From NCBI GenBank assembly GCA_000091165.1, contig FP565575.1, positions 360,001 to 392,000 on the forward strand: 32,000 nucleotides of DNA. Direction: 5' to 3'. The position numbers were made by a program, and so were the translations under genes. The first letter of the stretch is position 1, and each line of letters begins with the position of its first letter. The notes beneath the pieces are model-generated. The model searched no databases. It had not been told where the DNA came from and saw only the letters and a program-made list of their open reading frames with translations. Positions 26,880 through 32,000 of this stretch are shown here, piece after piece. The DNA comes from Candidatus Methylomirabilis oxygeniifera. GTDB taxonomy: Bacteria; Methylomirabilota; Methylomirabilia; Methylomirabilales; Methylomirabilaceae.

Positions 26880-27646
26880 AGCTGCTCCATCTCCTCCAGA
26901 TCGATCTCCTCGAGGCCACGACCATCGCGCTGCAGCGCGGCTTCCATGTATTGGAACCTGGTCGTGAATCGTGTGGTGCTTTTGCGAAGTGCCTCCTCTG
27001 CGCTCAGGTTCAGGAACCTGGCGAGATTGACCATGCTGAACAGGACGTCTCCTAATTCTTCCTCAACTGCCTCCGGCGCAGCGGATCTCATGGCCTCTCT
27101 GAGTTCGCCAAGCTCTTCTTCGATCTTTGCCGTCACCCCCGAGATGTCGGGCCAGTCAAATCCGACACTTGCGGCCTTGTCCTGCAGCCGTTGGGCGCGG
27201 AGAAGGCCGGGTAGCTCTCTCGGGACGCCATCCAGGGCCGATATGGGGGCTGCGGTCGCGGTGTTGCGTTCCTTGCGCTTCAGTTCCTCCCACTGTTCCA
27301 GCACCTCACGGGCCGTGGAAGCTGTACCGTCGCCAAAGACGTGCGGGTGACGGCGCACCATCTTCTCGGCTGTCGCCGCCAGAACCTGCCCTATGGTAAA
27401 CTCGCGCCGCTCGGCTGCAAGCTGGGCGTGAAACACCACTTGAAAGAGCAGGTCGCCAAGCTCCTCCATGATCTGCTTAGGGTCCCCCTCGTCGATCGCC
27501 TCTACTACTTCATAGGCCTCCTCGATCAGGAACGGCTTCAAAGTCTCCCGTGTCTGTTCCCGATCCCATGGGCACCCATTGTCCGCCCGGAGCCGCTCCA
27601 TGATTCGCACCAGCGCCTCAAACTGCTCCCCGCTTGCCTCTGCCAT
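26846..27646 (-). CDS. mazG: Nucleoside triphosphate pyrophosphohydrolase MazG
   Basis: LVRIMERLRADNGCPWDREQTRETLKPFLIEEAYEVVEAIDEGD ... EELGDLLFQVVFHAQLA; second domain KIEEELGELREAM ... EEELGDVLFSMVN. Confidence 0.96.
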   Translation of the reverse strand: MAEASGEQFEALVRIMERLRADNGCPWDREQTRETLKPFLIEEAYEVVEAIDEGDPKQIMEELGDLLFQVVFHAQLAAERREFTIGQVLAATAEKMVRRHPHVFGDGTASTAREVLEQWEELKRKERNTATAAPISALDGVPRELPGLLRAQRLQDKAASVGFDWPDISGVTAKIEEELGELREAMRSAAPEAVEEELGDVLFSMVNLARFLNLSAEEALRKSTTRFTTRFQYMEAALQRDGRGLEEIDLEEMEQLWQQAKSHGRS

Positions 27647-27816
27647 TTGGCCTCCTTAAAGCTGTAAACTCGCTATTTTTTCTACAATAAGTATAATCTC
27701 CGGTAGCCATCCTGGCAAAGCGAATCTCCGGCTGGTCGGAATAAGGATGAATTACTTTGACAAGCAATAGACGAAACGCTAACGTACCGACTTTACGCTA
27801 TCTTCATGAGGCGACT

Positions 27817-28554
27817 ATGGAATCGTTCTACATCAGCCTGGCCTTTGGCTGCGCCGCCGCCGCGGCGAATGTGGCAGGTGGGCTCCTGCTTACGATCAAA
27901 CGACGTTGGGATGAAGTGCTGCTGAAGCACTTCGTGGCGGTCGGGACCGGTTTCATGTTGGGGGCGGCCTTTCTTGGCATGGTCCCTGAGAGCATGCGTT
28001 TGACCGACAATGCTCCCCTGCTGATTCTCGGCGGCTACCTGCTGATCCACTTCGCCGAGCACACGCTGTCGCCCCATTTTCATTTCGGCGAGGAGACCCA
28101 TGTGGAGGCGGTCCTGGCGCCGTCTGTCAGCCTCTTTGCCCTCACCGGCCTGCTGGTTCACACCTTCTTTGATGGGGTGTCGATCGCATCGGGATTTCAT
28201 GTGAGCACCGAGTTAGGGGTGCTGATTTTCGTTGCGGTCGCGCTGCATAAGATCCCAGAGGGGTTTACGGTCGGGTCGATCATGTTGGCATCCGGCAGGA
28301 CCCGGACCATAGCTGTTGCGTCCTCGGTGGCGCTCGGGTGCTCGACGATCCTGGGTCTCGTATTCGCGTCGTACCTTGAGGGACTGCTTGGATACCGACT
28401 GGCCATATCAGCGGGCGTCATGATCTATGTGGCGGCCTCGGACCTCATGCCGGAGGTCAACCGCGAGAAGGGGATCCTGATGGCGCTCATGGTGTTTGTT
28501 GGAGTCCTGCTCTTTTACCTGACCGAACAGCTCCTCTCCAATTTTGGTCACTAA
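27817..28554 (+). CDS. ZIP-family metal transporter
   Basis: GAAFLGMVPESM, HTFFDGVSIASGFHVSTELGVLIFVAVALHKIPEGFTVGSIML. ATG at 27817 preferred over 27757. Confidence 0.88.
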   Translation: MESFYISLAFGCAAAAANVAGGLLLTIKRRWDEVLLKHFVAVGTGFMLGAAFLGMVPESMRLTDNAPLLILGGYLLIHFAEHTLSPHFHFGEETHVEAVLAPSVSLFALTGLLVHTFFDGVSIASGFHVSTELGVLIFVAVALHKIPEGFTVGSIMLASGRTRTIAVASSVALGCSTILGLVFASYLEGLLGYRLAISAGVMIYVAASDLMPEVNREKGILMALMVFVGVLLFYLTEQLLSNFGH

Positions 28555-28707
28555 GCCAGAATAAGCCACTGCGGAAGAGTTTGACACGTTTAAGCATCCT
28601 CCCGTATACTCCTATCTAATCCTGTCGTGGGCTGATGAGGATTGCGTGCCGGCGCTGGGAGCCGGAGCGTAGACATCGTTCCAGCCCGCACCTACAACGC
28701 GAGAGAG

Positions 28708-30648
28708 ATGTTGCGGAACACGACAGACGGGATCAATGGGAGAAAAAGAGACGGCGTCGCCGTCGCCCGGCGCACCGCCGTCGCCGTGGCGGGAGCGCTC
28801 CTCATACTGCTTGGAACCCTCAGTGCGACCCGGGTGTACGCCGCGCCGGGCAGTCTTGACCCCGCCTTCGGGACGGCCGGGAAGGTGACGACCGACTTCG
28901 GGCGCGCTGGAGATGCCTCTGCCGTGATCCTGCAACCGGACGGCAAGCTGGTGGCGTTAGGAACGTCATATGTCGCCGGCAACTCTGACTTTGCTCTGGC
29001 CCGCTACAACCCGGACGGCAGCCTCGATCCCACCTTCGGGACCGGCGGGACGGTGACGACTGACTTCGGTAGTCCCCTCGATTTCGCCCAGGCCCTCGTC
29101 CTGCAGCCGGACGGCAAGCTGGTCGCGGCGGGAAGCGCGAACGCCGCTGCCGGCAACTCTGACTTTGCTCTGGCCCGCTACAACCCCAACGGTACTCTCG
29201 ATCCCACCTTCGGGACCGGCGGCAAGGTGACGACCGACTTCGGTGACGGCGATGAGGCCCACGCCCTCGTCCTGCAGCCGGACGGCAAGCTGGTCGCGGC
29301 GGGCTATACGGATACGAGTGGTTCCTCGGTTTTTGCACTGGCCCGCTACAACTCCGACGGCAGCCTCGATCCCACCTTCGGGACCGGCGGTACAGTCGTG
29401 ACACCCATTGGTGACGATAATAATTCCGCCCACGCCCTCATCCGGCAATCGGACGGTAAGCTGGTCGTAGCGGGATCTACAAGGATTGCCGGTGACTACG
29501 ACTTTGCTCTGGCCCGCTACAACCCCAACGGTACTCTCGATCCCACCTTCGGGACCGGCGGCAAGGTGACGACCGACCTCGGCAGCCCGTACGATTCCGC
29601 CCGCGCCCTCGTCCTGCAACCGGACGGCAAGCTGGTCGTAGCGGGGTATATGGATGGCGCCAGCCAGTCGGCATTCGCCCTGGCCCGCTACAACCCCAAC
29701 GGCACTCTCGATCCCACCTTCGGGACCGGCGGGGTGGTGGTCGATACCGAGAGCGGAGATGGGGCGTTCGCCCTGGTTCTACAACCGAACAACAAGCTGG
29801 TTGCGGCAGGTTTCTCGTATGCGCAGGGCACGCAAGATTTCGCTCTGGCCCGCTACAACCCCAACGGTACTCTCGATCCCACCTTCGGGACCGGCGGAGC
29901 GGTCACCACTGATTTCGGTACTGAAGATGGCACTCGCGCCCTCGTCCTGCAGCCGGACGGCAAGCTCGTCGCGGCGGGGTGGACGGAAATTGCCGGGAAC
30001 TCTAACTTCGCCTTGACCCGCTATGAGGGCGATGCCGCCGTCCTCATGGTGCTGACCGCCGGGACCGGCTCCGGCATGGTGACCAGCGATGTGCCGGGGA
30101 TCGACTGCGAGCCGGACTGCAAGGCGAGTTACGCGCAACAGATGACCGTCACCCTCACGGCGGTCGCCGATCCGGGGTCGGTCTTTGCCGGCTACTCGGG
30201 CGATCCCGGTTGCGAGGACGGCATCGTCACCATGAATAGCGACACCACCTGTATCGCCACCTTCAACCTCCTGACAGCCGGTCCCGACCTCACCGGAACC
30301 TGGCGGAGCCTGATCCAGAGCTGCAAGGGCGAGGGGGTCGAGCAGAAGTGTAAACTCAAAGGAAAGGTACAGATCCACAACGTGGGGACCGCGAAGGCTC
30401 CCAGTGGATCCTTCCTGCGGTTCTACCTCTCGGCTGATCCGGTATGGGATGGCAGCGACACCCTCCTGCAGCAGGTGTCCGTCAGCAGTCTGAAACCGGG
30501 AAAGACTAAGAGCAAGAAGATCAAGTATCGACAGCCGACCAGTCAGACCGCCAAGGGGCTGTACCTCCTCGCCGTCCTCGATGTCACCGGGCTCATGGCG
30601 GAGCTGGACGAGACGAACAATCTGGTGGTCTTCGGGCCGATTCCGTAG
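28708..30648 (+). CDS. Delta-60 repeat (predicted beta-propeller) secreted protein with C-terminal CARDB-like domain
   Basis: Signal-like TAVAVAGALLILLGTLSATRVYA; seven repeats of (PNG)TLDPTFGTGGxVTTDFG...ALVLQPDGKLVAAG...FALARYN; C-term DLTGTWRSLIQSC...VLDVTGLMAELDETNNLVVFG. Confidence 0.9.
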   Translation: MLRNTTDGINGRKRDGVAVARRTAVAVAGALLILLGTLSATRVYAAPGSLDPAFGTAGKVTTDFGRAGDASAVILQPDGKLVALGTSYVAGNSDFALARYNPDGSLDPTFGTGGTVTTDFGSPLDFAQALVLQPDGKLVAAGSANAAAGNSDFALARYNPNGTLDPTFGTGGKVTTDFGDGDEAHALVLQPDGKLVAAGYTDTSGSSVFALARYNSDGSLDPTFGTGGTVVTPIGDDNNSAHALIRQSDGKLVVAGSTRIAGDYDFALARYNPNGTLDPTFGTGGKVTTDLGSPYDSARALVLQPDGKLVVAGYMDGASQSAFALARYNPNGTLDPTFGTGGVVVDTESGDGAFALVLQPNNKLVAAGFSYAQGTQDFALARYNPNGTLDPTFGTGGAVTTDFGTEDGTRALVLQPDGKLVAAGWTEIAGNSNFALTRYEGDAAVLMVLTAGTGSGMVTSDVPGIDCEPDCKASYAQQMTVTLTAVADPGSVFAGYSGDPGCEDGIVTMNSDTTCIATFNLLTAGPDLTGTWRSLIQSCKGEGVEQKCKLKGKVQIHNVGTAKAPSGSFLRFYLSADPVWDGSDTLLQQVSVSSLKPGKTKSKKIKYRQPTSQTAKGLYLLAVLDVTGLMAELDETNNLVVFGPIP

Positions 30649-30755
30649 GTCGAGACCCTTATTTGCAGATCAACCTTCCGATTGGGCTTGCCCCCGGCGT
30701 GTGAATTTGATATACATGGACACGGTTTAATAACGAATAATCAATAGAGGGCGGT

Positions 30756-31475
30756 GTGGGGAAGAGCCGATATATCGCGATGGTGCTGGCGAGCCTCGTC
30801 TTGCTGTCGGTAAGGCCGGCATCGGGGGAGATCTATTTCCGAACCGACGAGGATGGGTTTGTGCACTTTACTAACGTACCGACGACACCGCAACACAGGC
30901 GGCTTCAACCGGGAGTGTTGCCTCCTACCACCAAACTGACCAGTGCGAACATGTCGGAGCTGATCAACGCCCTCGGCGCTGAGTATGGGCTTGATCCTGC
31001 TCTGATTCGGGCCGTCATTCAGGTGGAGTCGAACTTTAACCGCAAGGCTGTCTCGCCTAAAGGCGCGCAGGGGCTGATGCAACTGATGCCGGCCACTATC
31101 TGGCGCTTCTCAGTGGGAGACGCCTATGATCCTCATGAGAACATCGGGGCGGGCGCCCGATACCTCCGCCAGCTTCTGGACCTATTTCGCGGGGATCTGA
31201 CGCTGGCGCTGGCCGCCTATAACGCCGGAGAAAACGCCGTACTCCGGTATAAGGGAATACCGCCCTATGCGGAGACCCGGGACTATGTGGCGAAAGTCCT
31301 CAGTCTGTACCGGCGCGGGCAACGAGAGCGCCACGCCGGCGGGCCGATCGAGACGGTTGCCCAGGTGATTGCGGCACAGCCGCCGCCCCCTCCGCCGCCA
31401 CCGTCCATCTATAAGGCGGAGGCGTCCGATACCATCCTGTACACGAATATCCCACCGATCGTCCAGTCTCCTTAG
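30756..31475 (+). CDS. Lytic transglycosylase (SLT family) with N-terminal DUF4124-like segment
   Basis: EIYFRTDEDGFVHFTNVP; YGLDPALIRAVIQVESNFNRKAVSPKGAQGLMQLMPAT ... NIGAGARYLRQLLDLF ... ALAAYNAG. Confidence 0.93.
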   Translation: MGKSRYIAMVLASLVLLSVRPASGEIYFRTDEDGFVHFTNVPTTPQHRRLQPGVLPPTTKLTSANMSELINALGAEYGLDPALIRAVIQVESNFNRKAVSPKGAQGLMQLMPATIWRFSVGDAYDPHENIGAGARYLRQLLDLFRGDLTLALAAYNAGENAVLRYKGIPPYAETRDYVAKVLSLYRRGQRERHAGGPIETVAQVIAAQPPPPPPPPSIYKAEASDTILYTNIPPIVQSP

Positions 31476-31648
31476 GTATCTGACGGGTAGTCATTAGCCG
31501 CCGTTGTGATCCTGGATGTACACCTCTGTATCGTTTGATCGTTAACCCCGTCCGCACGTCAGTTTTCAGTGCGGCTCCTTTGACGGGAGCCCAGGCAACG
31601 GTTGAATCTGCTGGAGGTCCATTCCCCTCGGATTGCCACGAGTTCGTC

Positions 31649-31668
31649 ATACCGGCGGAAGCCGGTAT
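31649..31668. repeat. Short palindromic REP-like element
   Basis: ATACCGGC-GGAA-GCCGGTAT within CGTCATACCGGCGGAAGCCGGTATCC; resembles the dispersed 'GTCATxCCxGCGxAAGCxGGxATCC' repeats of many proteobacteria-like genomes. Confidence 0.55.
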
Positions 31669-31684
31669 CCGGTTCCAACGGCCG

Positions 31685-32000
31685 TTAACGAAGCAATTGT
31701 TCGTACGTTGCAGCGTCAAAGCCGACAACGAGCGTGCGGCCCTTCCGGAAGGTCGGAGCTCGCAGGCCCCCAGTCGGTCCCATCAGGAGTGCCAGAAGTT
31801 CGGTCCTGCCGGGCTTATCTTTCCGTAGATCTATATAGACACGCTTCTGCCCTTTCGTCGCGTAGATCTCGTCCACCTCTTGGACCAGCGCGAGCGCGTC
31901 TTTCTCCTTCAGGGTCTGTTTTTTCGCATCTATCTGCAACACGATTTCGATGCGATGTTGCGCAAGAAACTCTTGCGCCTTGACGCAGCCCTTTCATCCG
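31685..32000 (-). CDS. ArsC-family (thioredoxin-fold) protein, probable selenoprotein, N-terminus beyond the window; in-frame TGA at 31994-31996 read as Sec
   Basis: Reverse frame: G-U(TGA)-K-G-C-V-K-A-Q-E-F-L-A-Q-H-R-I-E-I-V-L-Q-I-D-A-K-K-Q-T-L-K-E-K-D-A-L-A-L-V-Q-E-V-D-E-I-Y-A-T-K-G-Q...; the ORF track shows only the part downstream of an internal GTG. Confidence 0.65.
31960..31978 (-). promoter_or_regulatory. Candidate bacterial SECIS hairpin
   Basis: On the minus strand GCGCAAG-AGTTT-CTTGCGC, 7-bp perfect stem, starting 15 nt after the in-frame TGA; G at loop position 2. Confidence 0.5.

Noticed and set aside
26187-27350. 387-aa plus-strand ORF
   Set aside because: Antisense to nfeD and mazG, which are unmistakable; shadow ORF.
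28820-29404. Minus-strand ORFs opposite the delta-60 gene (also 28966..29619)
   Set aside because: Their internal repeats simply mirror the repeats of the sense gene.
31535-31828. 97-aa plus-strand ORF containing FVIPAEAGI
   Set aside because: The peptide is the usual translation of a dispersed palindromic repeat, and the ORF runs antisense into the ArsC-family gene.

Overview
The window is mostly GC-rich, chromosome-like bacterial sequence with one accessory stretch at about 12.4-20.5 kb. Left part: the end of a kdp potassium operon (frameshifted kdpB, kdpC, kdpD, kdpE), then a convergent hybrid histidine kinase whose N-terminal membrane domain looks like an ethylene-receptor (ETR1-type) sensor. 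Next come an M28-family peptidase and an RhlE-like DEAD-box helicase. From about 12.5 to 15.2 kb is a graveyard of truncated genes (DUF3368/PIN-like toxin, DNA methylases) with short related repeats, an intact ORF6N-domain gene and an XRE antitoxin-like gene. At 15.59-20.31 kb is a tightly packed four-gene operon and my main candidate for a novel system: a HIT-family protein, a multi-pass membrane protein, a D12/Dam-type adenine methylase, and an 881-aa protein that reads as a PEP-synthase/dikinase-like phosphotransferase fused to a MazG-like NTP pyrophosphohydrolase. Right part: a DUF457-like membrane protein, YciI, a DUF433/DUF5615 toxin-antitoxin pair, tRNA-Ala(CGC), TraT-like lipoprotein, pyrE, msrA, slipin, a split nfeD, mazG, a ZIP transporter, a seven-repeat delta-60 protein and a lytic transglycosylase. 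The last gene, cut by the right edge, has an in-frame TGA followed by a hairpin and looks like an ArsC-family selenoprotein. All calls are from reading the sequence and family knowledge; no searches were run.
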